DNA from: Octopus sinensis
Taxonomy: Eukaryota
Direction: 5' to 3'
Length of the DNA stretch: 64,000 bases
Assembly: GCF_006345805.1 (NCBI RefSeq)
Contig: NC_042998.1
Span: forward strand, 23,312,001 to 23,376,000
This document shows positions 12,076 through 22,606 of the stretch, piece after piece; position 1 is the stretch's first letter; every line of letters starts with the position of its first letter. The notes below the pieces were generated by a model, which saw only the letters and a list, made by a program, of their open reading frames with translations, searched no databases and was not told the DNA's origin. Both the position numbers and the translations under genes were made by a program.

Positions 12076-12307
12076 GGTGGTAAGCTGGCAGAGATGTCAG
12101 CACGCTGGGCGAAATGCTTAACGGTATTTCGTCTGCCATTACGTTTCTGTGTTCAAATTCCGCCGAGGTCGACTTTGCCTTTCATCCTTTCGGGGTCGAT
12201 TAAATAAGTACCAGTTACGCTCTGGGGTCGATGTAAGCGACTTAATCCGTGTGTCTGTCCTTGTTTGTCCCCTCTATGTTTAGCCTCTTGTGGGCAATAA
12301 AGAAATA
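12076..12307 (+). mobile_element. SINE family B (gtgggcaataaagaaata end variant)
   Basis: gttcaaattccgccgaggtcgactttgcctttcatcctttcggggtcgattaaataagtaccag. Confidence 0.9.
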
Positions 12308-12323
12308 AACTGAAAGAAGCCCG

Positions 12324-12361
<38 letters not shown>

Positions 12362-12558
12362 ATATTTGTGTGTGTGTCTGTGTTGTCCCCCTACCATTGC
12401 TTGACAACTGGTGTTGGTGTGTTTACGTACCCTGTAACTTAGCGGTTGGGCAAAAGAGACTGATAGAATAAGTCCTGGGGTCGATTTGTTCGACTAAATG
12501 CAGTGCCTCAGCATGGCCACAGTCAAATGACTGAAACAAGTAAAAGAATGAAAGAATA
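12308..12558 (+). mobile_element. SINE family A, 3' half
   Basis: actgaaagaagcccgtc(AT)n...gactgaaacaagtaaaaga. Confidence 0.85.
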
Positions 12559-13008
12559 GACTTGAGTGCATTTTATTATAAGTCTGCTCAATCAGGGCTG
12601 ACCTGGGGTTAAACAAGAACAACAACAACAACATTTTATGAATAGTAAGTGTTGTTGTAAAGAAAGGAGAAGTCCTATGTTAAATGAATTTGCCAGATGG
12701 TTTAAGTTCTCAGCTGAAACTAACCGAATTCACTAGCCCTCCTAATATCAGTGATAGAGAAAGAGAAAGGCATGAATATCATGCAATCTCATTCCCTCTT
12801 CACAATAGATTTTTAACTATTTACCAAGATAGGATACTAACTTAATATTTCATGAGAGAGAAAATATGCATAATGCTCATTTTTCTAAAAGAAATAATGA
12901 TTTACATGAATATTCTGCAATAAAGATTGAGAGGTAACTATACAAAAGCTACACTCAAGGTATAAAGAAATTACAGATATTCAACCTATATATAATTAGA
13001 TTAGAGTG

Positions 13009-13359
13009 GAAGCGCAATGGCCCAGTGGTTAGGGTAGCAGACTCATCATTGCAGCATCACGGTTTCGATTCCCAGACCGGGCATTGTGAGTGTTTATTGA
13101 GTGAAAACACCTAAAAGCTCCGTGAGGCTCTGGCAGAGGATGTGGTGAACCCTGCTGTACCCTTTCATCACAACTTTCTCTCACTCTTTCTTCCTGTTTC
13201 TGTTGTACCTGTATTTCAAAGGGCCAGCCTTGTCACACTACACTAAGGTTACACATGTCTGTGGAGTGCTCAGCCACTTGCAGGTTAATTTCACGAGCAG
13301 GCTGTTTTGCTGATCGGATCAACTGGAACCTTTGTTGTTGCAACTGATAGAGTGCCACG
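13009..13359 (+). mobile_element. tRNA-derived SINE family D with a perfect 15-bp TSD
   Basis: A box tggcccagtgg, B box ggtttcgattcc; AATTAGATTAGAGTG at 12994-13008 and 13360-13374. Confidence 0.9.
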
Positions 13360-13374
13360 AATTAGATTAGAGTG

Positions 13375-13655
13375 AAGGGACGTTTGGTCAAGTGGATAAG
13401 GTATTTCACTCACGATTGTAAGGTCACAAGTTCAATACCCAGCAGTGCATTGCGTCCTTGAGCAAGACACTTTATTTCACATTGCTCCAGTCCACTCAGC
13501 TGGCAAAAATGAGTAGTATCTGTATTTTAAAGGTCCACCTTTGTCACATTCTGTGTTATGCTGAATCTCTCTGAGAACTATGTTGAGGGTACGTGTATCT
13601 GTGAATTGCTCAACCATGTGTACGTTAATTTCAGAAGCGACTGGAACCCTTTTTA
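13375..13655 (+). mobile_element. Older D-related tRNA SINE with CORE-like block
   Basis: tggtcaagtgg...agttcaatacc head, then tccttgagcaagacactttatttcacattgctccagtccactcagctgg; 3' part similar to 13200-13340. Confidence 0.75.
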
Positions 13656-15020
13656 TAACTAACAGAATGTCAGTTGAATTAAATTAGACTTGTTAAAGTC
13701 AATGACAATGAACTGTAGAAATTCAAAAGGTTATATGCATTTTTCTGTGTATGCCAACAGGACTGAGTTGAAAAGACTGTAGCTCCAGGTTTCTTAAAAT
13801 CCATACACAAACAATACATAGAATTCTCATTCATTGTTCAGTGATATTGTTCTCTTATGGAGAAGATCCAACAGCATGTTATTTCCTAGGATAATAAAGA
13901 AAACGCTGCTTTCTTGTCCTGATTGGCTGTTTGCTTGGTCTGTTGCTTTACCATCTGTGCTGCACAGTATTGGATAACATTTCAGAGCTGTTGCACTGAA
14001 ATGTGATACAGTAGTTGCCCCACATCTGATTACAATGCTCAAGAGATGGTAGTAAGAAGAACTACAGAGAAAAATTAAGTATTATACTTCCAGCCATAGC
14101 TACTGCCTCAGTATATTTAGAATCGTTAGAGACATCAGCTACAAACAAGAAGTCGTTTGATACGATACCAAACCATCTGAGACCAACCACCTCTATCTTA
14201 AAACAAAAGCTCTCATTTTAAAGAACACATATGTCAATTAAATCTTTTATTATGGTTTTATATAATTTTATGTAAGAAATTTTTAACAACTTTGAATACC
14301 AGTTAAAAAGTTTTGTTTATTTTAACTAAATTCCTCCAAACTATTCCACACTATTTTCAAAAAAATATTGTAAACACGGCAGAAATATGATGGTAAAAGA
14401 ATTTTAAAAGCTAGCATCAAAGGAATGTTCCAGCAGCAGTTTAGTTTCCATGGTTGAATAACACCATTATTGAGCATGAATGTGTTTATATTTGCCGATA
14501 TCATTCATATTATGATACCTATTCACCATGTTAATCATTTAATGTTTATTAATTGGGTTCATTAACTGATCTTTATTAGCTGATCAAATCAACTGCTATT
14601 GATTTTTGTTCCTTTAACTAGAAATGTAATCAACTTTGATGGCACTTGTAAACAATGAAAATGAAAGGAAAAACAAAATGAATGAGTGCAGCTTCCTCAA
14701 TCAATGCTAAATGGTAACAATTAAAATGACAATGTTAATGAAGATAAAATACAGCTGCCCTGTCGAGAACATCAGTGGGGAATTCATTGTTCTGTTCAAA
14801 CTTCAATTTTATTTTGTTTTGATTTGGTTCAAAATCTCACTAATTCTGTCTGAACTTATTCTCAGATACTCGTGAATGATGTCAGGAAATTCAACATTCA
14901 TCTTATATTAAAATATGACAACTGTCTAAGGAATTTTATTGTGATCTGTGGATTTTTTTTGTATCAGTTTAAACTAGTCATACAACAACAACAATAATAA
15001 CAATGATAATAATAATATAT

Positions 15021-15067
<47 letters not shown>

Positions 15068-15136
15068 CACACAAGAACACGGGATCTGCCGAATGTTGAC
15101 CCAACAGAGGGACCAGCTATCCGAGTTGATAGTTCC

Positions 15137-16192
15137 GTGGTAGCTAAGGCAATTAGAAGCATGAAGACAGGGAAAGCCCCAGGCCCATCAGGAATTACTG
15201 CAGAGATGCTCAAAATATCTGGCAGTGTCGGATATAACCTAGTCACCCATATAGTCAACCAGGTGATACATGAAGGAGTCATACCCAATGACTGGTGTAG
15301 CAGCATACTAGTCAACTGCTACAAAGGTAAAGGTGATGCCCTAGATACAAATAATTACAGAGGTATCAAGCTGTTGGATCAGGTAATGAAGGTTACGGAG
15401 AGGGTCATAGCCCAACTAATTAGAGAGAGAGTTAGTTTAGATGAGATGCAGTTTGGGTTTGTCCCAGGGAAAAGCACCACTGATGCTATATTCCTGGTAA
15501 GGCAGCTGCAAGAGAAATACCTAGCCAAAGATAAGCCCCTGTACCTGGCTTTCGTTGACATGGAGAAAGCCTTTGATAGGGTCCCCCGATCCCTCATATG
15601 GTGGTCAATGAGGAAACTAGGGATAGATGAATGGCTGGTGAGGGCTGTGCAAGCCATGTACAGAGATGCCGTAAGTAAGGTTAGAGTTGGCAACATGTAC
15701 ACAGAAGAATTCAAAGTAGAGGTTGGGGCCCACCAGGGTTCAGTACTCAGCCCCCTCCTATTTATCATAGTCCTCCAGGCAATTGTGGAGGAATTCAAGA
15801 CAGGTTGCCCCTGGGAGCTCCTCTATGCTGACGACCTCGCTCTAATTGCTGAGTCACTATCAGAACTGGAGGAGAAGTTCCAGGTGTGGAAGGAGGGTTT
15901 AGAATCGAGGGGCCTTAGAGTCAACCTAGCTAAAACCAAAGTACTAATAAGTAGAAAGGTAGACAATCCACAAATATCCCCAGGAAGATGGCCCTGCTCG
16001 ATCTGTAGAAAAGGTGTGGGTAGAAACTCTATAAGATGTACCCAGTGTAAGCTATGGACACATAAGAGGTGCAGCAATGTCAAAGGTAGGCTAACTGGGA
16101 AGATAGTTTTTGTATGTGGCAGATGCTCGGGAGCATTGACCTCCGAAAATCTGCAGAAAACAACTTCCGTCACTTTCCGGGGGGAAAACTAG
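15137..16192 (+). pseudogene. RTE-type reverse transcriptase ORF (351 aa, N-truncated) with PHD-type finger
   Basis: KAPGPSG, NYRGIKLL, QFGF, FVDMEKAFDRVP, QGSVLSPLLF, LLYADDL, LRVNLAKTK; then C-x2-C-x10-C-x2-C-x4-H-x2-C-x14-C-x2-C. Confidence 0.95.
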
Positions 16193-16529
16193 AAGTAGTT
16201 GATAGCTTCCGCTATCTAGGTGACCAAGTCAGTAGTGGGGATGGGTGCGCTGAAAGTGTAACTGCTAGAATAAGAATAGCCTGGGCAAAGTTTAGGGAGC
16301 TCTTACCTCTGCTGGTGACTAAAGGCCTCTCGCTCAGAGTAAAAGGCAGACTGTATGATGCATGTGTACGAACAGCTATGCTACATGGCAGTGAAACATG
16401 GGCCGTGACTGCTGAGGACATGCGTAAGCTTGCGAGGAACGAAGCCAGTATGCTCCGATGGATGTGTAATGTCAGTGTACTTACTCGACAGAGCGTTAGT
16501 ACCTTGAGAGAAATGTTGTACCTAAGAAT
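16185..16529 (+). pseudogene. Frameshifted continuation of the RTE ORF
   Basis: KLEVVDSFRYLG...RIRIAWAKFRELL...KGRLYDACVRTAMLHGSETW...EASMLRWMC lies in the frame of ORF 16114-16671; LINE-like sequence stops at an (AAATC)n tract near 16530. Confidence 0.9.
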
Positions 16530-16683
16530 CAAATCAAATCAAATCGAACCAAATCAAAATAGATGTACATCAATGGAATTTGTACCCTTGTGGTACCAGT
16601 GCCGGTGGCACATAAGAAAACCACCCGAACGTGACCGTAGCCAGTACCGCAATGACTGGCCTCCGTGCTGAGGGCATGTAACA

Positions 16684-16873
16684 AACACCATCCGAGCGTG
16701 GCCGTCCGCCAGCCTCGTCTGGCACCTGTGTCGGTGACACATAAGAAAACACCATCCGAGCGTGGCCGTCAGCCAGCCTCGTCTGGCACCTGTGTCGGTG
16801 GCACATAAAAAACACCATCCGAGCGTGGCCGTCTGCCAGCCTCGTCTGGCACCTGTGTCGGTGGCACATAAAA
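16684..16873 (+). repeat. Three tandem ~63-bp units in the RTE 3' UTR
   Basis: aacaccatccgagcgtggccgtc... starts at 16684, 16748 and 16811. Confidence 0.95.
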
Positions 16874-17044
16874 TCACCCACTACACTCTCGGAGTGGTTG
16901 GCGTTAGGAAGGGCATCCAGCTGTAGAAACACTGCCAGATCTGACTGGCCTGGTGCAGCCTTCGGGCTTGCCAGACCCCAGTTGAACCGTCCAACCCATG
17001 CTAGCATGGAAAGCGGACGTTAAACGATGATGATGATGATGATG

Positions 17045-17075
<31 letters not shown>

Positions 17076-17409
17076 CACACGAGAACACGGGATCCCTGCC
17101 CTTGGCATATAGCTTCAACCGTGCTTTCTGATGTGAATTTGCTAACCAAATTATCCATACTAGGATAATTCATTCACCTTCTTAAATATATATATATATA
17201 TATATATATGACATTATTTCTTCCACTATTATAGGTTGTTATTGTTATTCCTTAGAATTTCACAACTCCTCCCAATATTTTAAAAGAAGCATTAGATGAT
17301 AAAAACACAATGTCACAAATAGAATATTATGATTAATAAACACTGATAAATCAAATTTTTCTTTGTTGTGTAAATTACACAAATTCAAAAATGAAACTGA
17401 TTTACCTAT

Positions 17410-17618
17410 CATAAAAAATTTTTTTACCCCAGCCTAAATATTTTACCTTTTTTTATGTTCAAATTGACCAGATATGACCTCTCACACCTACCCTACGATG
17501 TTACTCTGAAATTAAACAATCACATCATTGAAATCTTGAAGCTAACAGATAATGCATGAATAATTGAAAACAATGTGAATAAGCCTTACATTTGAGTGAG
17601 TAATCTGAATGCTGGTTA
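17410..17618 (-). mobile_element. MITE E2, degenerate
   Basis: ctctcacacctaccctac...aaacaatgtgaat...gtaatctgaatgct matches 5820-6035. Confidence 0.65.
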
Positions 17619-17819
17619 AAAACATTATTTTTACATGCAGACATGTATCAACTAGTAACAGGTTATACAAAAAATATTCAGAACAAAACTTTAGGTTTTT
17701 TTTGCAACTAACTGGACACGGGGAAGAATATAGGATAAGGTTTCAGCCCCATAACTAACAAATGGGAAACACAGTTTATAGATTATACAATGTCCTATTG
17801 CAACAAATGTTTTTCAACT

Positions 17820-18130
17820 TAAATATATCAGTATCTCAACCATGTGGCGCCCCCAAATTCTTTTTCGGAGACCAACTGAAGGCCACTCTCCTTTGCTGCT
17901 CTAGTGACCCAAATACCTGGGAGACAATCACCAAGGATCTCCCTGAGTGTCAGCATGTCTTTATCGAGGGAACAGACTGATGAAAAAACTAACGTCATGA
18001 TACAGAGAGCAGACATCAAAGACACAAAAAGTGACTTGCATTTCCTTATCCTTCACCAGTTCTCCCCGGTGATAAATGTCCCCAACTTTTCTATACCACC
18101 CTTGGCCTCGCACCCATCAAGATGTAGATG
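17820..18130 (+). pseudogene. Degenerate RTE-like LINE 3' fragment
   Basis: GAPKFFFGDQLKATLLCCSSDPNTWETITKD (ORF 17762-17980) resembles the post-RT G.P..R.KD.LK..L....I....WE..A.DR region, as at 3225-3612. Confidence 0.6.
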
Positions 18131-18153
18131 CTCAATCACAGATTATCTATCTA

Positions 18154-18426
18154 TTATGTTGTTTGTTCCTTCTCAAGCCATGCCTGGCTCATAGGGCTGG
18201 TTTCCCGGTTTCCCTACCTGGACAGGATGCCGGTCCATCGCAGGTAAGATGCAGGAGGAAAGAGTGAGAGAAAGTTGTGGTGAAAGAGTCAGCAGAAGTT
18301 CACCATTACCTTCTGCTGGAGCTGCGTGGAGCTTAGGTGTTTCGCTTATAAACACACAGTCTGAGATTCGAACCCGCAATCTTTCGACCGTGAGTCCAGT
18401 GCACTAACCAGTAGGCCATGTGCCTC
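18154..18426 (-). mobile_element. D-related tRNA SINE with a perfect 17-bp TSD
   Basis: CACAGATTATCTATCTA at 18137-18153 and 18427-18443; minus-strand head tggcctactggttagtgcac...gggttcgaatctc. Confidence 0.9.
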
Positions 18427-18508
18427 CACAGATTATCTATCTAATACTCGAATACAAGTTAACACTGCCACTGATCAGTTTCTTATCCATGCAGTTTTCT
18501 CAGAAGTG

Positions 18509-18527
18509 GGGTTAGGGTTAGGGTTAG
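18509..18527 (+). repeat. Short interstitial (TTAGGG)3 tract
   Basis: gggttagggttagggttag. Confidence 0.7.
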
Positions 18528-18548
18528 CTTTTATTCTCGTTTACTGGA

Positions 18549-18795
18549 TTCGAGCGAGGTCATTGTCAGCGCCGCCTGACTGGCCCCCGTGCTGGTGGCA
18601 CGTAAAAAGCACCCACTACACTCTCGGAGTGGTTGGCGTTAGGAAGGGCATCCAGCTGTAGAAATTCTGCCAGATCAAGAATAGAGCCTGGTGCAGCCAT
18701 CTGGTTTGCCAGCCCTCAGTCAAAATCCTCCAAACCATGCTAGCATGGAAAGCGGACGTTAAATGATGATGATGATGATGATGATGATAATGATG
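18549..18795 (+). mobile_element. Family C: 3'-terminal fragment of the RTE LINE
   Basis: cacccactacactctcggagtggttggcgttaggaagggcatccagctgtagaaa...(GAT)n, as at 16875-17046. Confidence 0.9.
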
Positions 18796-19608
18796 GATTC
18801 ATTTTAATACACCACGGTATTTTACAATGCTTCATATTTTGTTTATATAACAGTGATGAGTAATGAAATGCTAAGTACTGTAACATGTATGTGACCCCAT
18901 CTGTCTGTCTATTAGTTGACTCTCAGGAGTTATAAATAGCATAGTACCATGCAGTTGATGACTGTCAGAAGTTTTAGGTCTGTTATTCACTTCATCAACA
19001 TTGGGTACTTACTAACAAAGTATCTGTAAACGGTTTGATATTAAAATGATAAAAAAAAATTATCATTTGGCACTTAAAATCCACACGAAAAAGCAAATCA
19101 AACATAAAATACAGAAAAGATTAACTACGTAATCTCCTTCTTTCTCAACCCACATTCCACACACATCAACACTTAATCCTCTGCTTTGAGGGTATTTTGT
19201 TATATTAGCTACTTCACCTGGTTGCTTGGCTGTGTTCTTACATGATCTTAAAAGCACGTAAATATAGAGATTTATATCAAGGCTCATATTAACACTACAA
19301 AGAGGAAACTGTGTTAAGCTAGGGGATTTAGAATTCTAGAATTCAACAATGATTTGATTGGACAATACACTAGATCAACATTCTACAGGGAATCATGCAC
19401 AGCTGACTGCATTAACCCAAGTATATTGTGAATACTTATTTCACTACTTTTATCCTCACACAGAAATACATTATTGTATATATTAAAATATCACACAAAT
19501 ATAGAAATATGCAAAATATCATTTGCATATGAAGCTTTTTTTTTTCTCAAATGCTGAGATCCATAAAGTTAGTGTTCAGCTCTGGCTTTTAGAGAGTTAA
19601 GCAGATGC

Positions 19609-19779
19609 TGCGCAGGGGTGGCTGTGTGGTAAGTAGCTTGCTTACCAACCACATGCTTCCGGATTCAGTCTCACTATGTGACACCTTAGGCAAATGTCTT
19701 CTACTATAGCCTCAGGCCGACCAAAGCCTTGTGAGTGGATTTGGTAGACGGAAACTGAAAGAAGCCCGTTGTATATATG

Positions 19780-19821
<42 letters not shown>

Positions 19822-19942
19822 TGTGTCTGTGTTTGTCCCCCCCAACTGATGCTGGTGTGTTTACGTACCCGCAACTTAGCAGTTTGGCAAAAGAGATCAA
19901 TTTGGTAAACGGAAACTGAAAGAAGCCCGTTGTATATATATG

Positions 19943-19975
<33 letters not shown>

Positions 19976-20135
19976 TTGTCCCCACCAACTGATGCTGGTG
20001 TGTTTACGTACCCGTAACTTAGTGGTTCGGCAAAAGAGACCATTAGAATAAGTACTAGGCTTACAAAGAATAAGTCCTGGGGTCGATTTACTCGACTAAA
20101 GGCGGTGTTCCAGCATGGCCACAGTCACATGACTG
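19609..20135 (+). mobile_element. SINE family A with internal tandem duplication of the ~160-bp middle
   Basis: ttggta[g/a]acggaaactgaaagaagcccgttg...ggcaaaagaga occurs twice (~19740-19900, ~19901-20040). Confidence 0.9.
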
Positions 20136-20967
20136 CACCTATTATTATTAGTATATAAGGATGAGAACAGAATGTGCCAATGAATCACTCACTGATAGTG
20201 ATACACTTATTACATACGATTACAATGATTCCATTGTAGTTAACTTATGGTGGTACTGAGGGCATCAAGTTAAGTCTACTCCCCTATTTCCTCTTTGTAA
20301 TGTGATGTTTCACATCCAATGCCTTCATATATATATGTGTAGAGGTAGGCTTGCCACTTACAGCATCAGTTGTGAATGAGGGACATGAAGTAGTAAAGCT
20401 GTCGACATTCCACCTCTCGGTGAAATTTCAGTGTCAAAAGTTATTCTTAGAAATCAACAGTGACTAGTTAACAATCATGCTTTAGTGAAAATGCTATATA
20501 TTCGATGTATCAGAATATTAGCTTTCATAAAGCGAATAGCAAACTGATGTTAAGTGTTAACTATCTTACCTAGCAACCTAACAATTAAATCTTTGTCTAC
20601 ACTGCCTACTTTCTCACAGTGATTGTACTTCAAGATGGCATTAGGAGCTACATAATGGATTACTACTACTACTATTACTACAACTTTCCATTTGAAGATT
20701 ACATAAGAAATAATGGTAGGAATGGTAATGGTAAACACATAAATAAATTAGCAGGGAATATTTTAAATATTTAACTAGATAAAATCGACATCAAGTCAAC
20801 ACTAAGGTTAATTTACTACTTTTAAAGGTTACCAAAGTGAAAATAAAATAGGTTATTTTCTCTTAAAAGTCTTAAAGTACTTATTGGCTAGAAGTAGAAG
20901 AGAGAATCAAATTATTGAAGAATTAAATTGGTTTATCAGCATTATTATTAGATCAATTTATCTGTCG

Positions 20968-21385
20968 TCTTTTACTTGTTTCAGTCATTAGAGTGCAGGG
21001 GTGGGGGCATGTTGGGAGGGGGGGGGGCGTCACCTGGAGAATTTTTAATCAGATGAATTGACCCCAGGAATGGTTTTTTTTTTTAAAGCCAGGTGTTTGT
21101 TCTGTCAGTGTCTTATACTGAACTGCTGAGTTACAAGGACATAAACACACCAACACCTCTGTCAAGTGTCGATGAGGGACAAACACAGAAACAAAGACAC
21201 ACAAACACACACACACACACAAGACATGATGTTTTTCTGTTTCCATCTACTAATCCACTCACAAGGCTTTGGCTGGCCCAAGATTATAGTAGAAGACACT
21301 TGCCCAAGGAGCCATGCAGTGGGACTGAACCCAGAACCATGTAGTTGGGAAGCTAACTTCTTACCACACACCCATGACTGCACCC
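20968..21385 (-). mobile_element. SINE family A, diverged
   Basis: tttacttgtttcagtcatt...gaagacacttgcccaagg...gggactgaacccagaaccatg. Confidence 0.8.
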
Positions 21386-21748
21386 ATGTTATTTTTGATT
21401 TCCTAGAACTTTTTTTTCCATGCTTCCTCCAAAGAATAAATGCATTCAGGTGGAAGTAGAGAGTATCAATGTAAAATGTGAACAATGAGAACATGGATTT
21501 ACGTAAACCAGGAAATGTCAAGTATTAGAACAATTGCCAAAAGATTTGGTACATTAGTAATGTTGATGGGGTGGTGGGGGAGGGTTTGGCACTACAGTAA
21601 ATCACGAGTCTTACCAACAAATGAAATGAAAATAGCATATGTATAAGTAATAAACTATGTTAGCATTAAAGAAAGTAAGATTGGTATTTGTGTTCCTATA
21701 AGAGTAAAATTTTGCAGTTCTATATTTAAGAGATGAGGAATTATGTAC

Positions 21749-22057
21749 ATTATTTACATTTGACCGATATTTGTCCTCATCTTGTTTGTTGTTAACACAA
21801 CGTTTCAGCTGATATACCCTCCAGCCTTCATCAGGTGTCTTGGGGAAATTTTGAACCTGGGTTCTCATTCCTAAGGTATTTTTTGATGTTGTTGTTATTA
21901 TTATTATTATTATTCAGGTCACAGCCTGGAATCGAACTCGGAATCTTGGGGTTAGTAGCGCACGCTCTTAACCACTATGCCATATGCCCATGGTATATCA
22001 GCCGAAACGTGTTAACGACAAACAACACGAGGACAAATATCGTCAAATGTAAATAAT
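21749..22057 (-). mobile_element. tRNA-headed non-autonomous element with Penelope-type hammerhead 3' end and inverted terminal duplication
   Basis: Minus strand: tRNA-like head 21989-21915 (TGGCATAGTGG, GAGTTCGATTCC), (AAT)n, hammerhead 21839-21794; 21749-21818 recurs inverted at 21992-22057. Confidence 0.8.
21794..21839 (-). ncRNA. Minimal type I hammerhead ribozyme with intact core
   Basis: gacac-CTGATGA-a-ggctg(gagggtatat)cagct-GAAA-cg-TT-gtgtt; stems I and II pair, CG stem III implies a dimeric fold. Confidence 0.8.
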
Positions 22058-22208
22058 ATAAATAATGTAAAAAATGTAGTAAAATTTTGGTACAAGGCCA
22101 GCAATTTCAGTTGTCTCTTATATATATAAAACTGTTTTCTCAGTCAAAATGATCTGAGTTATTCAAGTCCCCGAAATCTGTTCAAAGAATTCTACATAAT
22201 TCTACATA

Positions 22209-22606
22209 GGTGCAGGAGTGGCTGTGTGGTAAGTAGCTTGCTAACCAACCACATGGTTCCGGGTTCAGTCCCACTGCGTGGCATCTTGGGCAAGTGTCTT
22301 CTGCTATACCCCCGGGCCGACCAATGCCTTGTGAGTGGATTTGGTGGACGGAAACTGAAAGAAGCCTGTCGTATATATGTATATATATACGTGTATGTGT
22401 GTGTGTGTTTGTCCCCCTAGTATTGCTTGACAACCGATGCTGGTGTGTTTACGTCCCCATCACTTAGCGGTTCGGCAAAAGAGACCGATAGAATAAGTAC
22501 TGGGCTTACAAAGATTAAGTCCCGGGGTCGATTTGCTCGACTAAAGGCGGTGCTCCAGCATGGCCGCAGTCAAATGACTGAAACAAGTAAAAGAGTAAAG
22601 AGTAAA
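22209..22606 (+). mobile_element. SINE family A, full length, CpG-rich (young)
   Basis: Colinear with the other copies and retains many CpGs. Confidence 0.92.

Larger units (their letters stand above)
15087..17046 (+). mobile_element. Young 5'-truncated RTE-clade non-LTR retrotransposon with long TSD
   Basis: RT ORF, repeat-rich 3' UTR and (GAT)n tail; flanked by (AT)n-TTTACACAC[A/G]AGAACACGGGATC at 15064-15086 and 17072-17094. Confidence 0.95.

Noticed and set aside
14974-16532. Minus-strand ORFs of 106-139 aa over the LINE
   Set aside because: Antisense shadows of the RT coding frame with no independent features.
16620-16873. CRISPR-like reading of the ~63-bp repeat array
   Set aside because: The units are whole-unit tandem copies without unique spacers, lie in a LINE 3' UTR, and there are no cas genes in this eukaryotic context.
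16554-17007. ORFs with repeated MCHRHRCQTRLADGHAR / ATDTGARRGW peptides
   Set aside because: Translations of the 63-bp UTR repeats.
21915-21989. tRNA heads of SINEs (also 4249, 12076, 13009) as functional tRNA genes
   Set aside because: A/B boxes are present but acceptor and anticodon stems do not close, and the sequences continue into repeat bodies.
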